Origin: Camelus dromedarius
Lineage: Eukaryota
DNA length: 64,000 nt
Assembly: GCF_036321535.1 (NCBI RefSeq)
Contig: NC_087436.1
Coordinates: 49,106,001-49,170,000 of the forward strand
Direction: 5' to 3'
Below the pieces are notes generated by a model, which made no database searches, was not told where the DNA came from, and saw nothing but the letters and a program-made list of their open reading frames with translations. The first letter of the stretch is position 1, and every line of letters starts with the position of its first letter. This document shows, piece by piece, positions 38,153-51,010 of the stretch. A program made the translations under genes and the position numbers.

Positions 38153-40944
38153 TTTAGACCACTTTTAATTGTCTCAGAGGTCACGGAAACCCTCTTCATG
38201 CCTTTGCAGTCTTTCTTCCTTACTGTTCTTTAGACTCGATAATTTCTATTGATCTGTCTTATACTTCCCTGGTTTTTTTGTCCATATCTAAGTTCTGCTA
38301 TTAAATTCATATGACTTGTGATTTCAGATACTCCCTCTTTTTTTTTTTTTTTGATAATTTCATGGTTTTTATTCCTCCACTGAAATTTCTCTTTCATTCT
38401 TTGTGACTGTACTTTCCTCAGAGTCCTTGGACATATTCATAGTAACTACTTTAAAATCCTTGTTTGTATGGGTCACTCAGGGTTGATTTCTGTTGACTGC
38501 TTCTTCTCTTATTGGGAGTTTCAAATATTCCAGGTTGAGCACTAACTCATATGGTTATCCTGCTTTTACCTGACAGGTGTTTCTGTTCCATATTGATCCA
38601 GCAGGGTGCTTATTTAAGTATTCTGTATTTTCTTTTTTTTTTATAATTGATTTATCTTGCTGTGGGCTAACCTGAGGAAGTGTGTTGAAACATGAATTCT
38701 CTGCCTCATCTTTGTCAGATGTTTCTGTTTTCTGTAAAGCAAAATGCTTTGGAAAGTTGAGCATTGTTTTTAATTGCTGATAATTTGGTTAATGTACTTG
38801 AACTAAGTGCAAGTCTCATTTCAGTAGTAAAAGTAATTTTATTTATATATTCCCTCTCTGTTTCAAATGTTAAAGAAAAAGTTGGTTAATTGAATTTAAC
38901 TTAAACATACTAGAAATGAAAATACCTTTATAAAAACTAAATTCCAGTGACACTAGAAGCAAAGATAAATATGACTATCATTGAATAAGCAATTAGTTAC
39001 AAATTCATTTGAAGCCTGATCTTTGCCATAGGAAAAAAAGGTATGTTTGTAGAAAAAGTTTATGAATGTTACTTTTAGTGTTTGTTTGCATTATTATCTG
39101 TGCCAAGCTATATTGACTTTTTAGTAGACTTACACACATTAAAAATAACTGTAGTATTAATAAAAATATGTTTAGTAATTTTTTAAGTCATCAGTTCATG
39201 TTTGTTTATTATTTATTTTTGAGAGATAAAAGTAGGTAAGGTTATAGGTGTCCTGCTTGAGTATCTTGGGCTCCATCTCATGGACAAGGTTTTAAAGGAT
39301 TGGACAGATGGTAATTATTATTTGCTAATAATTACTCCTGATTTTTATTAGGTGATTTTCATATATTATTTTATCCTCACAACCTTAATGTCTTTTTTTA
39401 ATTTTGTTTTTGAAGAAGCAAAGTAATGTACTTTCCCACAATAACATGGTATGTGAGTCCTGGAAGTGGGATCTGAACTTAGTGCTGATTCCAAACAGGG
39501 CATTCTCCCTGGTTTACCTTATTTCTTCTTAGAAACTTTCTGAGTGTTCTTAGTCTCATTATTTTCTGAATAATTCTCAGTTAGAGTTTTGATTTTGTTT
39601 TGGACCAGAAAATTATTTATTAAGTAAGAGTATGTTTTTCTTTTTTGTTTGTTTTTAATATCCAATATTTAATTATATAAAAATTGGGGGGGGAATGGGT
39701 GTGGCTCATCTTTGGTAGGCAAGAGAGTTATTTAAAATATTTAAAATTAATTATTTTCAATATTAATTAATAACAATATCAGTAAATATTTTAAAGATAT
39801 TAAATGCAGAATGTATTGTCATAATTTTCTTATGCTTAAAATTTCTTAATTTTTTTTGTTTTTAGTAAATAATTACTTTTAAAGTTCATTGGTGTTTTAT
39901 GTCTCTAGATTAAAAGGATTTCATACTTTGGATATTTCTCTCTGTCTCTCATTGTTCATGGGCTGTATGTATAAAATGAACCTTACCAACTCAAGTTTTT
40001 ACATCATTACATCATTACTATTTACTTATTTGGCAAAAATAGAGTATGAAAGTATCTTTAAGTCTGAAATCTGGGTAAAATGGAAGTCTTGGCAAATACT
40101 TGTAATTAGAAACTACCCCTAGTGTAAGAGAGTGTATTTTTTTATAACAAAGATTTGAAAGAAAGTCGATTATGAGACCTTTTTTTTTTGCTTAGTACAT
40201 CACAATTTGTGATATTCAGTTATGTTTTAAAAAAGATGTGAACTGGTTTATACTGAAAAGGAACTTGATTATATGATGAAAGGTTTACAATATTCCTGAT
40301 GAAAGAAAACGATGTCAGGAAGATTGCTTTTAAAAAGTGGAAAGTGTTGTGAACCTCTCATGTCTACAGAAATAGAATGGTAGGTTTTGGACTAAAATAT
40401 TTTAGCTTAATGTCTTTGCTTTTACATGTTTCGAAGTCAAAATTAAGAAAAACTAAATTAAAATGTAGAGCTCTGGATTTCAAAAAACCAAATTGAACTT
40501 TAAAATTTGTTATATTGCATCATTATTTTCTGTTTTGCTTTTTAGCTAACATTTAATAATAAATTTTTAAATTTTCAATGGATTTGTACAGAACAATGGT
40601 TATTTATAAATCATATATCTTTAGTTTTAACATAAAATTTCACTTAAGGAGACTTCATATAATCTTTGTTAATTAAACTTTCAGATTTGGAAACAGTTCT
40701 GTTATAAAGTAAATCATGGCTCTACACTGTCAGAAGTTATGACACCTTTTATGAAAATTTTTAAAAAGTAGGGTAATATATATTTAGGTGACTGCTTTTA
40801 ATTGTATTTTAATTGAAATTGTTACTTAATGTTACAGACTAGTCCTTTTTAGCTCTTTGATAATTTAAGTTTTATGTAAGTCTGGTCTTTCCTAGTTTTT
40901 GTTGTTTTTAATATTTTCTTTCATTGATAATTGATTTCCATTCT

Positions 40945-41420
40945 GCTTGCTGAAAATATCCAAAACTGACCATTTTTCACCATCTCCATACAACTACAGT
41001 CATCAAAGCCCTCACCACATTTCACCTGTGTGGAGACTCACATTTCATATTGGATTTCCTGCTTCCACTCCTTCCTCTGCACAATCTTTTCCTGACAAAG
41101 CACATAGAATCTTCCTAAGACATGTACTCCGCTGCCCCAAATCCTGGAGTGGTTTCTCATGGCGAAGTGAAGGGCCGAGTCCACAGTTGACCCTTAGAGT
41201 CCTCTTTGGCTGCTTCGCTGATCACACCTAACACTCTTACTTCGCCCTTCTCCAAACACAGGGCTTTCTCACTGTCCTTGTCAAACATTTTACACACACT
41301 CAAACCCCAGAATATTGGCACTTAGCCTTAAGGGCTCCTCTTCTGGGTACTTGAATGAGTTGCTCCCACACTTCATCTAAGAATTGACTGAAATACTTTG
41401 GATCAGATGCTGTCCCTGAC
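40945..41420 (+). mobile_element. L2 fragment
   Basis: Degenerate L2 3' region (tttcctgcttccactcctt...gagttgctcccacacttcatctaag). Confidence 0.5.
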
Positions 41421-42098
41421 CTCTCATATCTGAAAAAGGATTTTTATTTGCAGAGCAATCTACATGCATAATTGTACATTTTTAGGCCTTTGTCTCATCT
41501 ATATCTGTTTTCTTACTCAGGCTTACTTTGACAACAGATAGTTTTAGCAGTCTATTAAATTCTTTTAAAACAAGTTAATTTTATAGAAAAAAACATATTT
41601 TTTGTACTGATAAAATCACTACCTTATAAAATTTTATTAACTATCCTAATTATAAGAACAGTCACGGTTGGCATAAATGTTTTGGGAATAAACACACCTG
41701 ATGCTTTCTAAAGCTAAAACTTAATACTGGGAGTAAAGTGTGGGCTTTATTCTAGAGTTGTCTCAGATAGACCCAGCAGATAGACCACTGTGGACATCCG
41801 TCAGAATATTTTACAGAAGTGGAGAGTCTTTGTCAGTCATCCAGGGAGTTGATCAAGAAGATCTTAATTTAAAAGAATTTGACTTGTAGTTAAAAACAGA
41901 AACTGAAATAAACTTTGCTTGATTATATAAAAGAGCTCTTCTAGATTATTCTAGCTTTTATTGTTGGATTAGTTCATCTTGAAAATTATACGTATATAAT
42001 AGAAATTTTCACATAAAATTAATTCCAAGAGTGGGAATAAATGACTACTAGAAAATTGCTGCTTTTCTTAAAATAACATATTGTAAGAAATACATCTA

Positions 42099-42230
42099 AT
42101 GAAATAATTCTGGAAATGGATAATAGTGATGGTTGCACAACATTGTGGTTGTACTTAATATTAGCCACTGAATCAAACACTTAAAAATGGTAAATTTTAT
42201 GTATATGTTACTACAATAAAACTAAAATAA
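42099..42230 (+). mobile_element. Short L1 (L1MB-like) 3' end with an 11-bp TSD
   Basis: ggataatagtgatggttgcacaacattgtg...cacttaaaaatggt...aataaa; TSD aaatacatcta at 42088-42098 and 42231-42241. Confidence 0.85.
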
Positions 42231-44938
42231 AAATACATCTATACATGAAAAATAATATAAATAAAGCTGTGACAAATTATTAATGTGCAATATGGAAGAA
42301 AAGGCAGAATTCATGGAATTAGAGGACCTGTATTTATGAGTACTAGTTCTACCATGAATGAGTTGAATACATACATTTTGGGAAATCTTTTACATTTTCT
42401 TAGCTGTAGTTTTCTTATGTTTAATGTGAATTTACTTATTCTTCTCAACTCTTACGAGTTTTATGAGGAACAAATGAGGTTATTTATATAAAAATATTTT
42501 ATGAACTGTAAGTGAGTTTATAGATTTTAGGTGGAATTTTTCATACTTTTGGAAGAGTAATTCATTGAACTGATTGTTGGTGTTGCATATAATATTTCGA
42601 CTTGAGGCATTTGCTGTTGAGGTTTTAAAAATATTTAAATTGCTTATTTAAACATTTTTGGGTTTTTTTTTGTGTGTGTGAAAATGCAGCTGTTTTCTCC
42701 CAGGGTATAATTAATTGAGAATGGAAACATTTAGCTTATATTTGGAAAGTTACACTTCTTATTAACATTATTAAATGTTCACGTTTTTATTATTGATGTC
42801 TTTTCTTAACAAGTCCTCTTCATAACTTCTGAAGGGAAAGCCATACCAGCTGAGACAGATGCTGGATAACGTAGCTTTTCCTTTCTTACTTGAAGTCAGT
42901 GTATTAGAAAGCAATGATCAAAAAAAGGTTTATGCTGTGGGTCAGGGAACAGTTGACAGGACAGGGTACAATGAGGTTATAAATCAGATTTAAGTAATAG
43001 AAAATAATTTAATTTGGACATTGATTAAAGTGCATTTCTAGTTTCTCACTTTCAATGGACTAAAAGATATTTTTTCCCTCTGAATAAGGAAACAGTGAGT
43101 TGGAGGAAGTCAGTGTTAGTTAATTTACAGTGTTTTTGCAAAACTAGAGATCAAATGTAGCAAAGTCGTCAATAGAAAGCTCACTTTGAAGAGAAGCTCT
43201 TTTGATAAGAAACAGAAAAAATAGTCATTATTTAATTAAGTGAAATCTTTACTGAATCTTCTATTTTGAGCATAACAAAGAACTTTGTGATCTAGGATAC
43301 AATATATAAGACTAAAAAGTTGTATCTTCAGAATTCACTGTTTTAAACATCTTCCATCACTTACTGAATAAATATATATTGACAATGATGAACAGTTCTG
43401 TAGTCTGTGTTCAGTTTTAGGTGATTCTTTTTTTCCTAGTTAGTTGTAACATTTCTATTTGCTTCAGAATTACTTCAGCTAGATGTGTGGCCTGTTGACA
43501 TATTTTAAAATTTTAAATTTGCAGGCCTTTAGGCAGCATACTCAGTCTCCTGCTTGCCAGGGTCTCTACGCCTTACCACAGTTCTTTCACTTATGCGAAA
43601 CGTCTGACCTCTGGAGACATGTCACTCCTGCTGAACCTCTGCGTAACAGGCACAAGGCAAGGATAAAAAGGAAAAGGTTAATTCCTATCTGTCTAACCCC
43701 TACCTGCAAAATGCTTACCTTTTCCTGTCTTGCTTCGTGAGTGGGGATTCCCATGAGGTTTGGATGAGCAAGTCTGAAACCAAGTGATCTTTAAATTATC
43801 CCTATGCATGGTGTAATCTCCTGTTTTTAGTTATAGCTTTCTAATTTTTGAAGTGCTACCAAGTCTGTTTGTCATTTGCCATGATGTATCATTACTAAAG
43901 GACTATGCTGCATTTCCCTTACTTTCTGGTGGAGAGTAAAGACTTCTAGGTTTATTTAGTTATTTCTTATACTTTTTGAATTGATATTTTGGGAAATGAT
44001 ACATTCCTTGGGGACCTCTTTTCGGGGAGGGGTCTATTACTAATGCAGTAATATTTCCAATTATTTTTAAACGAATGTCCTCAAAATGTATTGGTTAAGC
44101 TGTTTATGTGGTAATAGAACTTAAAAATAAATCCTGTAAATTATTACTAATTTGAAATGAAAAACTCTGAACCATCCAGGTATCACTGTGTTTAAAATTG
44201 CCCTGACCACACTGTCTGTCTTGCCTACTCTGATTTATTTTTCTTCATCAGACTTTTCTCTCCTAAATTGTGTATTTGTTTCTTTATTTGCTGTTTTTCT
44301 CTTCCTACTATAGAAGCACGTGAACAGCGACTTGTTTCTGATTGTCATTCTATTTCATTGCTTAGAACAGTATCTGACACATAATGAGAAATTTACTATG
44401 TATTTCATGCAGGAACACATGAAACCCTTCTCATTCAACTTTAGTGCGTTCTCTTCTGGACACTGCCCTTTCTGTCCTACCTTCAACATTCCTTTCCTTT
44501 AACTTAGAATATCTAAAACACGGTAACTCTCCATTCTCTGAGCCGCCCCCACGCCGTTGTCCTCAGAATGACGTCAGTCTTTAAGTATATCTCACTTAAT
44601 CTTCTCACTTCAATGCAATTTGTTGTCTCTCTGCCTGGTTTCTTAAAATTAAACCTTTGAGATCCTTGAGGAAAAAACTGTTGTCCTCATCTCCTTATCC
44701 CCCATACCTACCTAACATGGTATCCAAAGATGCTCAAGAAATGTTTGCAGAGTGAAGGAGTAATATTTTACATAGGAAGAAATGGAAGTTTGGAGGTGAT
44801 ATGATACATGCTGATGATTATGCCGCCAGTTAGGAGCAGAGTCGGACTGACTGCCCCAGTCCAATGCTCTGCCACTAACGGGAGTGGATTTTGGTTTTTT
44901 CTTTTTTTAACAAAAAGTCTTTGTTTTTTCACTTACAG

Positions 44939-45066
44939 ATATTGACGATGTTAGGAAGTACAAGCCTGGTTACTTGGAAGCTACTCTTAATTGGTTTAGA
45001 TTTTATAAGGTACCAGAGGGAAAACCAGAAAACCAGTTTGCTTTTAATGGAGAATTCCAAAACAAG
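44939..45066 (+). CDS. PPA2: PPA2 exon 8 (128 nt)
   Basis: ttcacttacag|ATATTG...AACAAG|gtgaag; encodes (D)[42 protein letters not shown]. Confidence 0.97.
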
Positions 45067-45826
45067 GTGAAGATGCTAATCTTTATTTTTAAATGTGCCT
45101 GTGATACCTGTATAATACTTCTTTCACTTTGGGGGGTTCTTATGTGAATATTTGTGTATTACACAACAAAAGTGCTTTTTACTGACTTTCATATTTAAGG
45201 ACATTATTTTATCATTTTTTTATTTTTAAAAAAGTTTGAGGAGATCTCTCTAAGTGAATCAATAAGACTAATAAATACCTTTATCCATCTGTTTATCTAT
45301 GTCTGTTTCCTTCATCTCAGGCAACAGCACACCTGAGGGAATGTTTTCTCTTCAGAAGTAAATTTCCCCATCATTCAGCCTCAGTTCCCAAGACTCTCTA
45401 TTTTCTTCATTCTTATCATAATGTGTTTAGTTGTCATTGAAAGAGAAAGGAGCTAGCACAAATGAGTTAATACGTAAGAGCTCTGCCTAACGAAAATTAC
45501 CAACATTTTGGGAAGGAAAAAAATCTAGAGAATTTTCTGCTTTGGAATAATAAAGCAAGTTTTCCTTTGATGGTCTTACTAGATACATATCTATTGTTGA
45601 TTTTGCCTTTTTAGATACTATATGAATTCATATTAAGAAAAAATTAGAAAATATTAGGTTTCCTATCTTCAGACAGTGGATAGTCTAAAATGATTATGCA
45701 ATTAGGCTACTTACAGCTTTGATTTCATGATGATGAAATCAAGAGGTATATGCTTATTTACAAGCCAGGCACTAAGCTAAACCCTTTGTATACATCTTAT
45801 TCTTTCAACGACTCTGTGATTTAAAT

Positions 45827-46049
45827 CAGGGGTTGGCAAACTTTTTTCTGTAAAAGACCAGATAGTAAATATTTTCGACTTTGTAGGTCACAGAGTCTCT
45901 GTCACACTACCCAGCTCTTCCATTGTGGCGCTAAAGCAGTCATGGGCCATGCACAAGTGAAGGGGCTTAATTGTGTTCAGTAAAACTTTACTTACAAGAG
46001 CAGGTGGCGGGCCGGATTTGGGCCACGGGCCCAAGTTTCCCAACCTCTG
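45827..46049. mobile_element. MER58A hAT MITE inserted into a MIR
   Basis: TIRs caggggttggcaaact...agtttcccaacctctg; 8-bp TSD atttaaat/atttagat; MIR halves on both sides. Confidence 0.9.
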
Positions 46050-46274
46050 ATTTAGATTATCTTCATTACATTCCATTTATACATGAAGAGATTAGGACAA
46101 TGAGATTAAGTAATTTGCACAAAGTTACACAGCTGGAAATAAGGATGTCAGAGTTTACACTCAGGTTTGCCCGACTCCATAGCTCATGTTCTTAACAATT
46201 AACTGTCATACTGTGAATAGTTCCATGTTAGTATAATGATGTGATTGCTGTGTCTATTTTTGATTTGTAACTAG

Positions 46275-46360
46275 GCTTTTGCTCTTGAAGTTATTAAATC
46301 TACTCATGAATGTTGGAAAGCATTGCTTATGGAGAAGTGTGATGGAGGAGCTATAAATTG
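46275..46360 (+). CDS. PPA2: PPA2 exon 9 (86 nt)
   Basis: ttgtaactag|GCTTTT...AAATTG|gtaaga; encodes AFALEVIKSTHECWKALLMEKCDGGAIN(C). Confidence 0.96.
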
Positions 46361-46714
46361 GTAAGAATTTGTCTTTTCAATGTAATGTTATTTGATTATT
46401 AATTGGTACTGTGGAGCCATGCAATACTACTCATCTGATTTTTTTGAGAATTGCAGTTTTTTTTTATTTAAAAAATGTTTGCAGAGCACCTATTTAGAAG
46501 GTATTACCAAGTGCTGGGCACTGTGAAACTAGGAATTGACATGGTCCCTTTTCCCAAGGGATTTATAGTTTAGTGGGGGATACTGTCAAGTAGACAGGCA
46601 TTCAGTTATAATACAGTGTGATATATGCAAAGGTGGAGTAAACAACAATTTTTCAACATGCAAACATATGGTTATTTAATTTATATGATAACTACCACAC
46701 CATTTACTTGGTAA

Positions 46715-47780
46715 GAACAATAAAACGCCTCCTTATCCAACATGATCTTGGTCACCAGGTGGTTGACTGAGGGGAATCAAACAATAGTAACATATATAAC
46801 TGAAACATTTTATTTTACTTTAAAACATTTAAATGTACATTTACTTATCAGTCTTTGGATATAAGGGCTAAGACTTTTTCTGTATAGATTCCGTATTGAT
46901 TATATATAGTCTAACTTAATATATAATAGAAAATAATGTTCAGATCCTGTAATCCTTAAACTCCTTATACTTAAAAAGTGTTGTAAATGTTTAGGGTTTT
47001 TTTCCCTCTAACCTTTTATAGTTGTGTTACCCGCACCTAACTTGACACCAAGGTTTTATAGTGATTCTCCTTTTTTGAGGCTTTTTAGAGCCTCAGCAGT
47101 TTTAGAGCCTACTCAGTGTTCCTAGACACAGTTCTCTTTCCACACTGCCTTCATCCATGAGTGTAATTACAGCTTAAATTATGAAATTATAGTAACGAGA
47201 GCAACTGACATAAAAGGCTTGGAAACAAAAACAGCTGACCCTGGGTAAGCCTAACTGTAGGAGGTGAAAGTACACAGTCTTTCTGGAGAGCAGAGTCCTA
47301 CCCAGCTTCACCGTTCTCTTTGAATGAGGAGAAGCTGGGAAGCCATTCATTCTTCTGACAGATACTGACAGAGGGGCTCCTGAGAGGTACTGTGCTGGTG
47401 GTAGGGTTACTGCTGCGAATACAGTGGAGTCCCTGTTCTGCAGCACTGGGTCTGGGAATCCACAGACACATTTAATGAAGTCATTGGAATAAAGTAACAT
47501 GGAGTAAAGAATTAGTCAGTCTCAGGGAATATTTTATCCAAGTCATCAAAAGGCTCATCTTGCCTCTGCATGAATACTTGGGCATGACAGCTTCAGAATC
47601 AGCTTCTCTTGCGGGCTAGAGTGACACTGTCAAGTAGCTGATCTTCCATGTTTCTTACTGCTGTGTAGATCACTGTTTTTTTTTTTTTTCAGCAGTCTTA
47701 AAATTGAGGTAATTCTTCCTAACTTAAATAGTACAATTAATTAACAAACTGAAGAAACTGGGTATAATTAAATGTCATCT
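46715..47780 (-). mobile_element. Ancient Tigger/pogo-like transposon remnant
   Basis: Minus-strand translation of about 47087-46980 gives ALKSLKKGESL*NLGVKLGAGNTTIKG*REKN, resembling the N-terminal psq-type HTH of Tigger transposases. Boundaries are approximate. Confidence 0.55.
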
Positions 47781-48939
47781 AGCCCTGACTATTCTAGTAA
47801 CTGATAGACTGAGCTCTTCTTTATGGGCAGACATTCTAAGTCAGATGTTAATGTGATGAGCTCCTCTAAAACGAAGGGGTCTTCAGTTGTCCGAAGACGT
47901 ATTTCATCTCCTTCCTAAAGGTAACTTTCTGACAAGCTTTTTCAGTCTTTGATAGGACTTGCATGGTTTCCAGGTTTCCTGAGGGGCACAGCTAGAGAAT
48001 GTCTCTGGCTAGTTTTTCTAAAGCCTGACACCGTTCCTTCTGTGCCGATTCTAATCATCTTTACTGTGAGAGTAACTGTGTCTGTGCTCTGGAGTCATTT
48101 TGCTGTAGCCACCTAGGTAATGATAAGGAATCTATTAACAATAAGATTGATATTTTTTGAACTCTACTATTTTTCAGGTTCAAAGGGTTTTATATATTAT
48201 CTAATTAATATTCACAATATTAGATATGTGTAAGATCTGTATCATTATTATATTCATTTTACATATGAGGAGATTGAGGCCATGTAGAGATTAATGGACC
48301 TATCTAAGGTCCCTGTGTGCGATGGAGCCAGGATTTAAGCCAGATTTCAAACTTAGTCTCTTAACAGCTATTTTTTTCTCCACATTTTCAAAGAATACAA
48401 CAAAATAATTTTATTTTTGCTTAAAAATTTGGGGGATAAAAGTTTCTGGATATAAATTTTATGCATCTAGATAATTTAAAGTCAAAATCTTCTGAATTTT
48501 AACTCACTTTTGCCCATGTTTTCCTTATTTTTTTATCACTGTTTGATTTGTAAAATATATTCATGATTGTTAAGTTTTTATTTCCTTTGTCCTTACCTAA
48601 TAAATTGCTTTTCTCCCTCAGTTCCTTTAAATGTACTCTGTTATTGACTAGCAAAGCTCCCTCCCTTCCGTTTTAACCTGTTTTCCCCACTCAGTTCAGT
48701 TGAAGTCTGAACTGAGGACACTATCACAGTAGTTCTCTCCAACAACGTATAGCACAGCGCAGTTTCCTAGGGAAATCATTCAGACATTCAAATGCATTGT
48801 CCTCGTCTTTAAACCTGGTGAATTAGGCTCTCTGAGAAGTAGTGTCTAAGGATCTGTATATTTTAAAAGCTCCCTGGTGCTTCTCATGAACCTCTCTGCT
48901 TAAGAACTGTAAAATCCAAACTGCTCATAGCTACTTTTG

Positions 48940-49103
48940 ATACTTACCTGGCAGGGGAGATACCATGATGACGAAGGTGGTTTTCCCAGGGCCAGGCTTA
49001 TCCATTGAAACCTGGATGTGCTGACCCCTGTGATTTCCCCAAATGTGGGAAACTTGACTGCATAATTTGTGGTAGTGGGGGACTGTGTTCACGCTCTCCC
49101 CTA
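48940..49103 (+). pseudogene. RNU1: Full-length (164 nt) U1 snRNA retrocopy
   Basis: ATACTTACCTGGCAGGGGAGATACCATGAT...AATTTGTGGTAGTGGGGGACTG...CCCCTA is colinear with U1, with about 12 substitutions against human U1 as recalled, 5 of them CpG transitions. An A-rich tail follows. I see no PSE or 3' box. Confidence 0.93.
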
Positions 49104-49719
49104 GTAAAAAAAACTAAATAATAATTTTTTTGAATCAATAAATAAGTATCAATCCGTGTTAACTATTTTTATATAAGGGCCAATTCTGAGAAAATAAGTG
49201 TTTCTCAGTAGAATACCTTTTATTACACCTTTAAACATTCAAAATCAAAATCACTTCCTTAAATCCTGAGGAAAGTGTGTTGCAACCCAGATTACATTCT
49301 TGATTAACTGAAAGGCTGTTAGTGAGGAAGGTGGCACTGTTTGTAGCAATAAAATGCTAAAAAAAAAAAAAAAAAAGTGGAGGGACGCCTATTGAAGAAA
49401 TAGTGACAAAGGGCTTTGTAATCTCCCCTCTTTTGTATCTTACACATCATGCAAGGATCTCCTAAGTCCGTTGTATATACCTTCCATTTCTTTCTTGAAA
49501 CAGCCATTCTCATGATGTGTCCAAGGTGAAAAGTGTCAGTCTTTTGGCTCTCCTAGGTTCTGCTGGTTACTTGTCAGAATATTTTTATTGGATTTATTTA
49601 TAATTTTTCAAAGTTATTCAGTTTTTTAAATTTGCAGTGCTGGCTTTAATATTTTTTCTTTTTTAATATTTCTGTTGATGGCTTTGCCTTGTTATGGGAG
49701 TAGAGGATTACTTTAGAAA

Positions 49720-49892
49720 TGGATGATCAGATTTAACAGGCAGAAATATAGGACATAACTTAAATCTAAATTTCAGATTTCAGTATAAATGTCTCATGTG
49801 ATACTTGGGACATACCTATACAAAAAAATAATTTGCTATTTATCTGAAATTCAGGTTTAATTGGGTGTTCTACGTCTTATCTGTCAACTCTA
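49720..49892. mobile_element. MER53 palindromic hAT MITE
   Basis: aatttcagat...tgggacatacctatacaaaaaaataatttgctatttatctgaaattcaggtttaattggg...ttatctgtcaactcta. Confidence 0.8.
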
Positions 49893-51010
49893 TTTAGAGC
49901 AGACTCCCTGTTCTCTCATTATAGTTTTCCCAGAATTCCCAAGGAATGTTTCTCTTCAGTGTAGTTATAATGTTAAAAACATTAACTATACCATATTTCA
50001 TATGCATCACACTTTCTTCAGAGGAGTAGCGCTCAAGACTTTGCAGTGCCTAATTTTTTGCCTGTTCTTTTTAAGTTTAGTTTTGATTTTCTTCAGAGAA
50101 ACATCTAACTTAAAAGGCCTTACCTTTTTCAGTTTTTAGCTTACTTACTCATGAGCTGTGGAGAAGAGAGTACAAAGTAGTTTAGTCTTAAAGATGATCA
50201 TGCCGGCTTTCACCAGACATCCACATTCATGCCAAGAATGAAAACGAATTCCACATTTTGAGTCTGGGTAGAAAGCAAAATGACCACTTTCGTAATCAGT
50301 CTGTACCCAGTGCCCGATCACAGACAGGTGTAGTTAAGAAGATAAATAAGTAACTAGGCAGACCTTTCTATCATCTATACCCCAGCATATCTTAGAAGCC
50401 ATTGCCGAAGGAAATCTGATAACGTGTATCCCTCAGACCCACTTGAGGAGCCTGCACGCACGTGAGTGTGTGTGTGTTTCATCTGTTAATACCTCCTTTA
50501 GAGATCCGCTAGTCACGTATGCCTTCAATTTTGAAAAATTAATTTAGCTTTAACTCCCCTTTTCTACTACCTTTTTCTGTATCCATATTAATCTGATTTC
50601 TTTGATGAAATTTTTAAAAATTGGACTGAGTACATCTGAGAGGAATGACATCCTTGCTTTCATCTGGAAAGTAAGACAGGCCTGGTGGGCGGCGTGCTTG
50701 TGGAGGCAGCGTGCTGTTCCCCATTGTCTGTGAAGGCTTTTGAGTTGATGGAGCCTTTACCAGTGGGGGAGCAGCTGCTGTCCATGCCTTGCTGAACTTC
50801 CTTACTTGTACAAAAACCAAGTTCTTGTGTTCATATGGTTTCCTCTCACCACTTAATCTTCCCTCCCTGTCTGAGAAAGATTCCACAGTACCTTTCCAGC
50901 AACCAGTTATAGTGTTTACCACCACACTTAGAGGAAAATTTTTCCTTATGGTCATTATTCTATGGGTCAAATTTGGTTTTTCTTTTCTTCGGTGAAGTGT
51001 AGTATAATAG

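Noticed and set aside
38760..40940. Very AT-rich stretch in intron 7
   Set aside because: No periodicity or defined structure; ordinary for an AT-rich mammalian intron.
48880..49125. A functional U1 gene
   Set aside because: No recognisable PSE or 3' box, CpG decay, mutated U1A and 70K loops, and an A-tail. Called as a pseudogene.
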